Source of the DNA: Calditrichia bacterium
GTDB taxonomy: Bacteria; Calditrichota; Calditrichia; JAJRVZ01
Assembly (NCBI GenBank): GCA_963796965.1
Contig: CAWCNS010000005.1
Coordinates: 896,001-960,000, forward strand
Direction of reading: 5' to 3'
Length of the DNA stretch: 64,000 nt
Shown here: piece by piece, positions 22,290 to 33,377 of the stretch
How positions within the stretch are numbered: the stretch's first letter is position 1
How the letters are laid out: each line of letters starts with the position of its first letter
Program-made: the position numbers and the translations under genes
Notes under the pieces: generated by a model
The model's input: only the letters and a program-made list of their open reading frames with translations
What the model was told of the DNA's origin: nothing
The model's database searches: none

Positions 22290-23822
22290 TTATTTTATAA
22301 GTACCATTGACTTTGTTTCTGAATAATCTCCAGATTTAATTTCATAGTAATATACGCCACTTGCATAATTCTTACCACTAAATGTTATTTTATAGTTTCC
22401 AATATCTTGAAATCCTTCATCGACCATATTAATAATTTCACCTAAAACGTTATATATGGCAATAGATGTTTTACCAGGTTTGGAAATATAATATTCGATT
22501 GTAGTTTGAGGATTAAACGGATTTGGATAATTTTGTTTTAAATCAAGAAATGAAATATTTCTATCTACAACAATTAAACCATGAAAATTAGATTCACCAC
22601 TCATTGTTAGTTCTTCTATTTTATAAGTATAGGAATGAAAATTTTTTATGTTGTAGTCAATAAATGAATATTCATTTTCTGCTGATGAATTTCTATGACC
22701 AAAAATCAAGTCAGAATCGGCGGTGATTCTTGAAAAATTGGAATCGTTTTCCGATTTTCTCCATATATGAAAACCAAAGCATCCAATTTCACTAGCAGTA
22801 CACCATTGGATAGTAATACTATTCTTGTTTCGTACTCCACCAAAACGACTCATTTCAACAGGTAAAGACGTATCATCATATCCCGCTAACTTGGCAAACA
22901 GATACCATGCGGCATAAGCTTTTCGATTTGCATTTAAGGGTTGGGTATGAGCAGCATCACAATCATACCAATTTAGTCCTTCTGTATGTGAATTCTGCCA
23001 ATCAATTGCCCAGTTGCGGTCTCCATTCAACGGAACATCTGGATCACCCTCCCAAGATGTAACGCCATCGCCATTATAATCATAGCAACATCCGTCTGTT
23101 ACATAAAGATCCCCAAAATAGTTACCATCTGGATCATAGCATTCGATATCATAAAAATCATATAATACTTTATTATTGTTTATACAATAATTTCTAATTT
23201 GTTGATTTCGAATATGAGGGCCACCCTCTTCTCCTGATCCAGTTGCATGTCCTGTCATATAAACAAAGGATACATTGGGGTAATCAGACTCTAATTGAGA
23301 CATAGGAGAAAGATATTCGTTTATCATTTCTTGTTCCGAATAAACGCCAACTTGCCCACACCAGGACCATATAATTACATTTACATCAGGATTTGTGGTA
23401 CCACGTCCTGTTGACAAATCCGGCGGGCCTAAATATAATCGTGTATAATCTACCCATTCCGGATAATGACCAACATCACCCTCCATTGCCTGGTCATGCA
23501 AATCTAGAGCGCCATTCAATCCCCCATCATTCCATTCAAAAATATCTTGAGGATGCGAAAGCCCTAGACCACCATTATTAGCAAAAGCAACTAACCCTGT
23601 CATACCAGTAGTTAATTGACTTCCATGAGATGTATGGCCAAAACCTATATGTAGCGTGGCTCTTGCTTGATTTATGGCAGATTCAGGAATCCTGGTAATA
23701 TCAGTACAGGTATGATCAATAATTATTCCTTGAGAAAAAACTTGTGTTCGCCATCCTGACAGGAGGGATAGAAGGATTATTATCAAACTAACTTGTAGTT
23801 TATGAGTCTCAAGGTAATTCAT
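22290..23822 (-). CDS. Secreted protein: uncharacterised (SGNH-like?) N-terminal domain, Ig-like 'LPVE' domain and T9SS/FlgD-type C-terminal domain; putative gene cassette
   Basis: Signal peptide, GHTSHGSQ and WSWCG motifs, SLPVEM...WCTASE, and LKQNYPNPFNP...SGVYYY...KSMVLIK. Confidence 0.75.
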   Translation of the reverse strand: MNYLETHKLQVSLIIILLSLLSGWRTQVFSQGIIIDHTCTDITRIPESAINQARATLHIGFGHTSHGSQLTTGMTGLVAFANNGGLGLSHPQDIFEWNDGGLNGALDLHDQAMEGDVGHYPEWVDYTRLYLGPPDLSTGRGTTNPDVNVIIWSWCGQVGVYSEQEMINEYLSPMSQLESDYPNVSFVYMTGHATGSGEEGGPHIRNQQIRNYCINNNKVLYDFYDIECYDPDGNYFGDLYVTDGCCYDYNGDGVTSWEGDPDVPLNGDRNWAIDWQNSHTEGLNWYDCDAAHTQPLNANRKAYAAWYLFAKLAGYDDTSLPVEMSRFGGVRNKNSITIQWCTASEIGCFGFHIWRKSENDSNFSRITADSDLIFGHRNSSAENEYSFIDYNIKNFHSYTYKIEELTMSGESNFHGLIVVDRNISFLDLKQNYPNPFNPQTTIEYYISKPGKTSIAIYNVLGEIINMVDEGFQDIGNYKITFSGKNYASGVYYYEIKSGDYSETKSMVLIK

Positions 23823-23868
23823 TTGTTACTACTTTGATATTTTTCACTTTTATACTGATTTATCTAAA

Positions 23869-23995
23869 GTATAACGATCAAACATAACCGGTGTGCCATA
23901 GACTGGGTAAGGCATGATTTATAGGAATTCATGCCATATATTTTCGCGTCCGCTTGTCGAGGATCCCGGCACAGTTGGGGATGCGATGGTTAAAC
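23869..23995 (-). mobile_element. Putative integron attC site 1
   Basis: Minus strand: GTTTAAC (RYYYAAC), 5 bp after the stop codon, through to GTTATAC. The ends are imperfectly complementary and there is an internal GGCATGA/TCATGCC stem. Confidence 0.65.
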
Positions 23996-24000
23996 CAATA

Positions 24001-24510
24001 TTAATTTAATTCAATTTTAACTGAATTGTTTATACAGTAGATTTCATCAAATATTCTATATTGTTCTATTGAGTCAGTCCGTGTTGTATTAAGATATAAT
24101 GTAATGTATCTCGGCCTTCGCGGGGGATATGGAATTTCTATTTCAATATCCTCATTTGATGTGTAAGGAATGAATACATCTTCAATAAGAATCGGATTTT
24201 TGTGATCTAATAAAGATTCATCAAAACTATATTGAATATAAAGATTATTATTCCAACCTTTAGTGACTCTATTGTAAATAGAGATATGAAACTTTGTGGC
24301 ATATGGTTGCCTCATTCTTGCACTCCTTGGTACTTCTAGATTCAATTCAGGTTGTGGATGTCTTAAATATTCAAATGAGATATTGCCAAATTTTAAGTCA
24401 GGTTGAAATTCAATTTGAGTGCCGCCACTTAAGGTATGACTTGGCATTCCATATAGATAGAATGCCAATATAATGAGCGAAAAACAGAATATTGATTTAT
24501 CATAAAACAT
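24001..24510 (-). CDS. Hypothetical secreted protein (possibly CARDB/Ig-like); putative gene cassette
   Basis: N-terminal hydrophobic stretch, PDL... start and DE...NN end typical of CARDB-like domains. AT-rich. Confidence 0.5.
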   Translation of the reverse strand: MFYDKSIFCFSLIILAFYLYGMPSHTLSGGTQIEFQPDLKFGNISFEYLRHPQPELNLEVPRSARMRQPYATKFHISIYNRVTKGWNNNLYIQYSFDESLLDHKNPILIEDVFIPYTSNEDIEIEIPYPPRRPRYITLYLNTTRTDSIEQYRIFDEIYCINNSVKIELN

Positions 24511-24884
24511 TTTTAACTATATATAGGCCTAATATGATAAACTTGACTCAGTATCTATATTACTCGTAAAAATATTTATCCATATCTTACTCTGAATCAT
24601 AAACTTACTACTGAATTCGAAGTATGAAATAAATCATATTATGTAGAATATTTTCATATAATATAGCATAAAAATAATAATTAAATATAATTATTTAGAC
24701 AAAATATATATCATGAGAATTTGGTGCCAGCCGATTAAGAATGCAGGTATGTAAATATATTATTCGGAATCTATTTATACTAATCTTAATGAATCAAACC
24801 TCTACGCTTTATATTCAATTGGTTGATTTAATATCCTGGATACAATAAGTTAATACCAACGACCAGACCTTTCAACATTGGAGG

Positions 24885-26918
24885 ATGAGACATATGTATA
24901 AAATGATAGTATTGGGTTTACTCCTCATCTTAATGAGGATATCCGTTGCCAACCCCATCTTAAATCTCACTTCACCTGATAAAAGAATAAGTGTCCGTAT
25001 TAACATCAAGGAGAAGTTAGAACCCTATCCTCACGGGGAGCGTGTTTATTACTCTCTTACATTTAACAAAAAACTTCTATTGGCTGATTCACCCATTGGA
25101 TTTGAGTTTAAAAACCAACCACCCTTTGGCAGGAAACTGCAAATCACCAGTAATCAAACAAACAGCCAGAATCAAACCTGGCAGCGTGTTTGGGGAAAAC
25201 GAAAAGATGTAAGAGTCCAATACAATGAGCTGAAATTGGAAGTGGAAGAGTCAGATAATCATAAACGAAAATTAAATCTCATATTCCGGGCTTATAATGA
25301 TGGTGTAGCGATCCGCTATAATATACCTGACCAAAAGTATCTTAAGGAAATTCAATTAACCTCAGAGCGGATTTGGTTTAACCTCAATAGAAATGATACC
25401 CTATGGGCCGCTGACTATGGTGGCTATATTTCCCACCAGGAATCGGAATTTACTAAGCAGGCCATGGCAGATCTAAGCGCCTCAGAAGTATATGGCTGCC
25501 CGGTTCTTATCGATGCCGGTAGTGCCTGGATGGCTATCACAGAGGCCGATTTAACCGATTGGGCGGGAATGTACCTCACCAAGGCACCAAATGGTTCGAA
25601 TGCTCTTGTAACCAGCCTTTCACCCCGTTTGGACATGCAGGAGGCTCTGGTCATTTCCGGGACACCACGTTCATCGCCCTGGCGTGTGATCATGATTGGA
25701 GAATCGCCTGGCAACCTGATTGAATCAGATATTATTGCAAATCTTAATGATCCATGTGAGATTGAGGATACCTCCTGGATTATACCCGGAAAATCGGCCT
25801 GGGACTGGTGGTGGAGTGCACGCTATGCTCCGGATGTGGATTTTGAAGTAGGCTCTAACACCGAAACAATGAAATATTTTATTGATTTTGCCTCGGAGAT
25901 GGGTTGGGAATACCAATTGATTGACTGGCATTGGTATGGCAAACCCTTTATTACCTGGGATCCTGTTCCTACTCCAGATCCCAAGGGCAACATCACCACT
26001 CAGAATCCCAATATCGATATTCCGGAATTAGTTGAATATGCCAGAAAAAAAAACGTCCGCCTTTTATTGTGGTTAGAATGGACACATGCCGAGAAGCAAA
26101 TGGACGTTGCTTTTCCACTATTTGAAAAATGGGGAATTGCCGGGGTGAAAGTGGATTTTATGCAACGGGACGATCAGGCAATGGTCAACTATTATCACAA
26201 GCTTATCAAGAAAGCAGCTGAACATCATTTACTTGTAGATTTTCATGGTGCCTATAAGCCAACCGGATTCAGCCGAACATATCCAAATGCCATAACCCGG
26301 GAGGGTGTGTTAGGAAATGAATATACGAAATGGAGTAAACGCATCACTCCAGAGCATAATGTAACACTTCCCTTCACCCGCGGCCTCCTGGGTGAAATGG
26401 ATTTTACCCCCGGTGCTTTTGTTCACGCGACGCAAGAAAATTTTCTAACAGAAGAAGATGGATCCAGTCCTACCCCGATGGTCATGGGTACGCGATGTCA
26501 TCAACTGGCGATGATGGTAGTTTTTGAGAGTGCCTTGCAGGTTATGTGTGACTCCCCATATAACTACCGTCAAAAACCAGCCGGACTCGATTTTCTGAAA
26601 ATTATCCCCACCACCTGGCATGAGACGAAAGTAATCAATGCCTCAGTTGGTAATTTTATCACAACAGCCCGGCAGGCCGAAAACGGAGATTGGTTTATCG
26701 GAAGTATGACGGATTGGAGCCCCAGATTATTATCTATAAATTTAGATTTTCTTGGAGAGGGTAGTGACTTAGCCACAATCTGGGAAGATGCTGCAGATGC
26801 AGATAAATTTCCAGATCGGTTAAACAAGAGAGAAGTTGAGGTAGATAAAACAACGATTATTGAAGCCGATCTTGCTCCGGGTGGCGGGCACGTGATGCAT
26901 ATAAGGAAAAAACGGTAA
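24885..26918 (+). CDS. Glycoside hydrolase family 97 (alpha-glucosidase/alpha-galactosidase)
   Basis: FRAYNDGVA, SPWRVIMIG, WIIPGKSAWDWW, GVKVDFM, DFHGAYKPTG and TREGVLGNE motifs. Confidence 0.92.
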   Translation: MRHMYKMIVLGLLLILMRISVANPILNLTSPDKRISVRINIKEKLEPYPHGERVYYSLTFNKKLLLADSPIGFEFKNQPPFGRKLQITSNQTNSQNQTWQRVWGKRKDVRVQYNELKLEVEESDNHKRKLNLIFRAYNDGVAIRYNIPDQKYLKEIQLTSERIWFNLNRNDTLWAADYGGYISHQESEFTKQAMADLSASEVYGCPVLIDAGSAWMAITEADLTDWAGMYLTKAPNGSNALVTSLSPRLDMQEALVISGTPRSSPWRVIMIGESPGNLIESDIIANLNDPCEIEDTSWIIPGKSAWDWWWSARYAPDVDFEVGSNTETMKYFIDFASEMGWEYQLIDWHWYGKPFITWDPVPTPDPKGNITTQNPNIDIPELVEYARKKNVRLLLWLEWTHAEKQMDVAFPLFEKWGIAGVKVDFMQRDDQAMVNYYHKLIKKAAEHHLLVDFHGAYKPTGFSRTYPNAITREGVLGNEYTKWSKRITPEHNVTLPFTRGLLGEMDFTPGAFVHATQENFLTEEDGSSPTPMVMGTRCHQLAMMVVFESALQVMCDSPYNYRQKPAGLDFLKIIPTTWHETKVINASVGNFITTARQAENGDWFIGSMTDWSPRLLSINLDFLGEGSDLATIWEDAADADKFPDRLNKREVEVDKTTIIEADLAPGGGHVMHIRKKR

Positions 26919-26975
26919 CCACGAATTACACGAATAAAAGATCTGATTTCACGAATTTTTTTACAAAATATTTTT

Positions 26976-27148
26976 GTCGTTCAGTCCCGGAACGGGATCC
27001 CCTTGGAAAGGAATCTTCCATCTTGTCGAGATGTCACTTACAAGAAGGAAGATCCTTTCAGGATGACAGAATGGGAATCATTCAATAATTCTAAATTCAA
27101 AGATAGTGTTACTTGAAATGAAAGTGGCCGTTCGCGAACGGCCACTAC
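26976..27148 (+). repeat. Composite repeat copy A: GTCR...GGATGAC element, linker and GTGGCCGTTCGCGAACGGCCAC-TAC REP
   Basis: Direct similarity to 28641-28839. The core is also present, inverted, at 37624 and 40722. Confidence 0.8.
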
Positions 27149-27220
27149 TATCATTTTCAATCAATAAATATAAATTCGTGAAATTCGTAGAAAAATTCCT
27201 GACCTATTTCGTCAACGCAT

Positions 27221-28591
27221 CTAACTTCCCTCATATTCCATAACAACAACTGACGCATTTTCATCCAGGCCTTTTTTCGGAAGAGAAATGGTAATCCTTT
27301 TTGCCCACTTTGGGTTTTTAATGCTGCTTTAGATTTATCTGACAATAAATATACATTTTTAACCGGTTTTTTAATTTGTTCAATAACCAATTTGCCTTTT
27401 TTTGGAGGATCAAAGACAAAGGCATAAAGGGTACCTGGTTTCTGAGTATATCTTCCCCATGCTGGCTGCTCAAAAGGACTGGCCTGGGTGGCATAAATGG
27501 CTTCACCATTTCCCTTCATCCATTGCCCAATTTCTTTTAATCTTTCAACACTGGCTTCAGGAATTAATCCCTCTGCTGTCGGACCAACATTTAACAGATA
27601 ATTACCTCCTTTTGAAGCAATATCTACCAAATTCTGGATTAATGTTGTTGTCGATTTCCAGTTATCATCAAAATATTTATAACCCCAGGTATCATTCATG
27701 GTCATACAGCTTTCCCAATCCACACCCGGTAATCCCGTATCCGGGATTTCCTGCTCCGGTGTTCCATAATCTCCGGCAAAGCCACCATCTTTAGTCAAAC
27801 CTTCCATCCCCTGACGTCCTTTATCCACGCGGTTATTGATGATGATATCAGGTTGCAGGGTACGAACATAGTTATAAAGATCCTTACCACGTGGTGGCGT
27901 CCAGTCACCAATCCACTCGCCATCGAACCAAAGGATTCCCAATTTCCCATAATTATCAACCAATTCTTTCAATTGAGGCTTCATGTAACTATCAACATAA
28001 TTCTGGAACTTAGGATTAGTGCGCTCTCTATCATTATACTTTGGATAAAAAGGGGCCTGTGCATCCGGATGATGCCAATCCATAATCGAATGATAAAAAC
28101 ATAACTTAATGCCCTGTTTATCACAGGCCTCTTTAAGCGCTTTTAAGATGTCTTTTTTATAGGGTGAGGCATCCATAATATCATAATCTGTTACTTTCGA
28201 ATCCCATAAACAAAAGCCATCATGATGTTTGGAGGTGATGACGATATATTTCATCCCGGCATTTTTAGCAAGGCTTACCCATTCATCGGCATCGTATTTT
28301 ACCGGATTGAACTGGGCAGCATATTTTTCATACTCTTCAACTGGAATATCGGCTTTCTCCATGGATCCACTCACCAATACCTTTAACTTTCTCTCCATTA
28401 TATTCACCAGCCGGTATAGCATATAGCCCCCAGTGGATGAACATCCCAAAGCGTGCCTCACGGAACCATTCCATACGGGCATCTTTTTCTACCTGCGATT
28501 CATTTAGATAATTTTTTGGCGGTTCTTGTTTTTCACAGGCAAAAACTCCAAACAAGAAAACAACTACCAATAATGCTAATATAACCCTCAT
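27221..28591 (-). CDS. Alpha-L-fucosidase GH29, lipoprotein (frameshifts near 28350 and 27300)
   Basis: [36 protein letters not shown] and [10 protein letters not shown]. An alternative frame gives the C-terminus ...[13 protein letters not shown] at 27221. Confidence 0.88.
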
Positions 28592-28640
28592 TTTACCCTC
28601 CCAAGTTAATTAATTATACCACCGCTTAGATAAAATTTTT

Positions 28641-28839
28641 GTCATTCCGTCCCAGAACGGGATCGCGTCTCGGGAAAGGAATCTTTCTAGGTATCGAGTT
28701 ATCATTTACAAGGAGGAAGATCCTTTTGACGAAGGCATCCCGTTGGGACAGGATGACAGAACAGCAATCATTCAGCAATTATAAATTCAAAGATCAGTGG
28801 TAATTGAAATTAAAGTGGCTGTTAGCAAACGGCCACTAC
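28641..28839 (+). repeat. Composite repeat copy B
   Basis: GTCATTCCGTCCCAGAACGGGATC...GGATGAC, the same linker as copy A, and GTGGCTGTTAGCAAACGGCCACTAC. Confidence 0.8.
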
Positions 28840-28950
28840 AATTCGAATACCACTTCTTTTTCTTAATTGTACTGCGCCTCTGCGAGAAAAAAATAAATAA
28901 AAACTTTGCGCACTTTGCGCCTTCATTGCGTCCTTGCGGTTAAAACGGCC

Positions 28951-30932
28951 TCATTTTATTCCGACAGTAACCCCTGGCCAGTCATCCGTCCGGAATGGCG
29001 AAGCCGGAAAACCTTCTTTATTATATAAATTCACATCATCCGGATTATCGGCCCAGCCATAACGTACAGCAACAGGTTTTTTTACCACATCATTAACAAC
29101 AACAACATCATTTCCCTCGATATACGCTTTTGCCCAAACAAACTTTTTATCGTTACCGGCAATTGAGAAACCCTGTAAATAACCATAACGGTCTTTTATC
29201 ACGAGGCCGGAACCAGTATTGCTAAAACGAATACGAATTTTATTTCCTTCGACTTTCATCGATTTATATAGTGGACCGGTATGGACAATATTCTCACCGT
29301 AGGCAATTTTTCTGGCATTTTGCGCGAGACGGTAACCCACATCCTGTTTATTAAGCGGATGAATATTCTTGGCTTCACCAATATCGATAGTCACTGCCAT
29401 CCCTGTATTAGGTAACTTCAGGGCCAAGGTTTGCGCCTCTCTCAATTCGGCCCAATCACTATCTCGTGGCTGCTTTGGGGCCTGTTTAAAATTGGCCAAC
29501 TGGACAAAGAGAAAAGGGAAATCGCCCTGATTCCAATGCGTCCGCCAGTCTGTGATCATGGCTGGAAACAGATCTCTATACTGATAGGCACGAAGAGCAT
29601 TAGATTCACCTTGATACCAGATGGCCCCTTTGATTGTAAATGGCGTGAGAGGATTTATCATTCCATTGTAAAGTAAAGTTGGATATAAATTAGGTCCACC
29701 TTTTAGAATTTCAGGTATCTTATTCAGACCAATTTGATAGGACCATTCACCAGCCAGACTTATTTTTTTATTGTCATTCAGCTGTATAGTATATCCCATC
29801 TTTATCTCCCCAAATACCTCCCCCACCACCATAATCGGTAACCCGAACTGAAATAATATTTTTTCCGGTTTTTAAGATCTCCGGTGCTACCTTATATTTA
29901 CGCAACTTATCCGGTATTATCTCCGTTGAGCCAACCTGGATACCATTAACATAGGTATGATCTGTATTGTCAACAGCACCAAGATGAAGCAGTATACCGC
30001 TTTTTGCTTCCTCTTCCGTAAGTGTAATTTCCTTCATAAACCAGACAATCCCGTCGAGACCTGCCAGGCCAGCCCCCTCCCATCGTTGGGGGAGAGTCAT
30101 TTTGGGCCAGTCTGCAGGAACAGACGTAAACTGATACCAATTTTCCTTCATTCCAAGATCGTCTTTTCCTTCCTTTAAGCCCTTAACGGCAGAATTATAT
30201 AATTTTTCCACATCAATTTTTTCGAGTTCGGCCAATTTATCAGAGAATTCGGGAAAATCCTGGATGGCATCACCACTGGTCCAGGTTTCCGATACCGTCC
30301 CACCCCAACTCGAGTTGATTATTCCGATTGGGACGTTAAGAGATTTATACAATTCCCTTCCAAAGAAATAAGCCGACAGCTGAGAATTCACCAACTGTAC
30401 GCGGATTACAAATCTGCCATTCTCTTTCTGATAGATCCTTTTTTGGTAGGGAACTCAAGGCGCGTTTGACTGTAAACAGACGGATTTCCGGATAATCTGC
30501 GCTTGCAATTTCCTGATCAGAATTATTTGAATTTAGCACCGTCCATTCCATATTTGATTGACCGGAAGAAATCCAAACCTCTCCAATCAGGATATTTTTT
30601 AATTCTATTTTATTGGTCGCATGCACAGTTAGGTTAAATGGTCCGCCGGCTAACATAGACTTTAATTTTACTTCCCACTTTCCATCTTTATCAGCTGTAC
30701 TTTTATATGTCTCACCATTTAAGGTAATCGTTACTTTTTCACCTTCATCTGCCCAACCCCATATTCTCACCGGTTTATCCCGTTGTAAAATCATATTGTC
30801 CGAGAATAGTTGAGGAAGAGAAACCTCAGCCAGGACATTTGGTGTGCTTACTGACACAGTAAGAATCATAATTAGGACAAATAACGTATAGTACATTTTA
30901 GATGTGAATACCCTCATATAGTTCCTATTCAA
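28951..30932 (-). CDS. Sialate O-acetylesterase family (SASA) paralog 2; two frameshifts (~30370, ~29820)
   Basis: [21 protein letters not shown] and IHPLNK motifs across three ORFs, collinear with 31081-33057. Confidence 0.88.
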
Positions 30933-30969
30933 AAAATATGCTAATTTTTTTACGACCTTAGTTTACTGA

Positions 30970-31070
30970 AACCGCGAAGACGCAAGGAAGGCGCTAAGCA
31001 CGCAAGGATGAAAGATATAAAGTTAAAAAAACTTTGCGTTCTTTGCGCCTTCCTTGCGTCTTTGCGGTAA
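30970..31070. repeat. Inverted-repeat element of the CGCAAAG/CTTTGCG family
   Basis: AACCGCGAAGACGCAAGGAAGGCGC...GCGCCTTCCTTGCGTCTTTGCGGT. Related half-copies lie at ~28903-28941, ~36590-36625 and ~37830-37856. Confidence 0.7.
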
Positions 31071-31080
31071 AAAAGACAAT

Positions 31081-33057
31081 TTATTTTTTTCCCATTGTTA
31101 TCCCCGGCCAATCATCCGTACGAAATGGTGATGCCGGAAACCCCTCTTTATTATAGAGATTAACATCATCCGGATTATCAGCCCAGCCATATCTTACTGC
31201 AACAGGTTTATCTACCGATTTACATTGGACAACCACCTCGTCACCCTCAATACGAGCTTTGGCCCAAACAAATTTTTTATCTGCACCGGCAATAGAAAAC
31301 CCTTTAAGATAGCCATAGCGGTCTCTGATCATCAAACCGGAACCAGTATTAGTAAAACTTATGCGGATTTTATTTCCCTCAACCTTCATTGAATTGTATA
31401 GTGGACCTGTATAGACGACATTTTGGCCATAGGCAGTTTTTCTGGCATTCTGTGCAAGACGATATCCTACATCCTGTTTATTTCGGGGATGGATGTCATC
31501 GGCCTCACCGATATCAATTATCACCGCCATACCCGTACGTGGTAATTTTAATGTCATTATCTGGGCTTCTCTTAGTTCTGCCCACTCACTCTCATCCGGT
31601 AATTCTTTTGCCTTCATAAAATTCGCCAATTGAACAAATAAAAAAGGAAAGTCCCCCTGTCCCCAATGCTTACGCCAGTCCGTGATCATGGCTGGAAAAA
31701 TATCCCGGTACTGATAAGCGCGTCCGGCATTGGATTCACCCTGATACCAAATCGCTCCCTTGATCGCAAAAGGGATTAGTGGATATATCATTGCATTGTA
31801 TAACAAGGTCGGATAGGAATTGGGTCCGACTAAAACAAGTTTAGGAATCTCATTTCGACCTATTTTGTAGGACCACTCACCGGCCAGGGTCACTTTTTTA
31901 TTTTCACCCGATATATAATAGACTTCATCCGGCTTTCCCCAGATTCCGCCCTCTCCACCAAAATCCGTAACCCGGACAGTAATAATGTTTGTACCGGTTT
32001 TTAGCAATTCCGGCGCCACTTTATATTCTCGATCTTTTTTAGGTCTGTGCTCGATTGAACCGACCTGGATACCATTGACATAGGTATTGTCAGAATTATC
32101 TACCGGTCCAATATGAAGTAGTAAACTTTTTTTTGTTTCGTCCGCCGTGAGTGTTATCTCTTTCATAAACCAGACAATCCCGTCCAGATCCTCCAAACCG
32201 GCATTCTCCCAATTCTGTGGGATTGTCATCTTCTTCCAATCTGCAGGAACAGATGAATTCATGTACCATTTTTGGTTTAAACCAAGATCTCCAGCATCCA
32301 GGTCATTTTCCCATTTTTTGCGACGTTCATCCCGCTCGTTATACAGCTCTTCCACGTCTATTTTATCGAGTTCGTCTAATTTATCGGAAAATTCAGGAAA
32401 TACTTTAATCGCCGCCCGGCTTGTCCATGTTTCCGAGACTGTCCCGCCCCAGTTACTACTAATTAGTCCTATCGGTACGTTAAGATCTTTCTGCAACTGA
32501 CGTCCAAAAAAGTAACCAACAGCGGAAAATTGTTCAATTGTGGTAGGGCTGCATACCTGCCACTCCCCTTCGGTCAGATCTTCTTTTGGTGTCTGGGCTA
32601 GGATTCTTTTAACTGTGAACAAACGGATCTGAGGATGATTGGCATTAGCGATCTCTTCCTCAGGATTCATTGATCTGGCAACTGTCCATTGCATATTGGA
32701 TTGGCCGGAACATATCCACAATTCCCCAACCAGAATATTTTTATAAATTATTTTATTCTTACCCTCCACAGACAATTCATAGGGCCCGCCAGCTGAGATT
32801 GGATCCAAAGCCACCCGCCATTTACCATCTTCTCCTGCCGCTGTTTTTTCTACCTGATTGTTAAATGTGATTGTAACAGACTCACCAGCATCCGCCCAAC
32901 CCCAGATCTTTATTTCAGCATCCCGCTGAAGGACCATATTATCAGAAAAGATCTTAGGAAGCGATACGTCGGCTAAGACATTCTGGATACTGACAGATAA
33001 ACATAAAACAATAATAAGAAATACAATTAAATTGGAAAGATAAGATCTCGATCCCAT
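31081..33057 (-). CDS. Sialate O-acetylesterase family (SASA) paralog 1, intact
   Basis: [23 protein letters not shown] and DIHPRNK motifs, with an inserted sugar-binding-like domain and a signal peptide. Confidence 0.92.
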   Translation of the reverse strand: MGSRSYLSNLIVFLIIVLCLSVSIQNVLADVSLPKIFSDNMVLQRDAEIKIWGWADAGESVTITFNNQVEKTAAGEDGKWRVALDPISAGGPYELSVEGKNKIIYKNILVGELWICSGQSNMQWTVARSMNPEEEIANANHPQIRLFTVKRILAQTPKEDLTEGEWQVCSPTTIEQFSAVGYFFGRQLQKDLNVPIGLISSNWGGTVSETWTSRAAIKVFPEFSDKLDELDKIDVEELYNERDERRKKWENDLDAGDLGLNQKWYMNSSVPADWKKMTIPQNWENAGLEDLDGIVWFMKEITLTADETKKSLLLHIGPVDNSDNTYVNGIQVGSIEHRPKKDREYKVAPELLKTGTNIITVRVTDFGGEGGIWGKPDEVYYISGENKKVTLAGEWSYKIGRNEIPKLVLVGPNSYPTLLYNAMIYPLIPFAIKGAIWYQGESNAGRAYQYRDIFPAMITDWRKHWGQGDFPFLFVQLANFMKAKELPDESEWAELREAQIMTLKLPRTGMAVIIDIGEADDIHPRNKQDVGYRLAQNARKTAYGQNVVYTGPLYNSMKVEGNKIRISFTNTGSGLMIRDRYGYLKGFSIAGADKKFVWAKARIEGDEVVVQCKSVDKPVAVRYGWADNPDDVNLYNKEGFPASPFRTDDWPGITMGKK

Positions 33058-33217
33058 TTTCGGATCCTCCCTCAGATGTATAGTATGGGTTTAGCGACAC
33101 GATTAATCGCATCGTTACAATTTCACGATAATTATATAAATAAAAGATATGTATTAGATGGATTCTTGATAATATAATTATCTTTGCAGAAAAATGCACT
33201 CAATTGGAATAAATGTT

Positions 33218-33329
33218 TGTCCACGAATTACACGAATTGGCACGAATTTATTACGATTTCCAAAATATAAAATTTAATTATTTTGATATGATATTATTAA
33301 TTTGTGGAAATTTGTGTAATTCGTGGACA
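33218..33329. repeat. Inverted-repeat element of the CCACGAATTACACGAAT family
   Basis: TGTCCACGAATTACACGAATT ... AATTTGTGTAATTCGTGGACA. Related copies lie near 26918, 56045, 59725 and 61866. Confidence 0.75.
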
Positions 33330-33377
33330 GATTTTTTTATTATACTCTGCCTACAAACTCACATCATGGGCAGGAGG

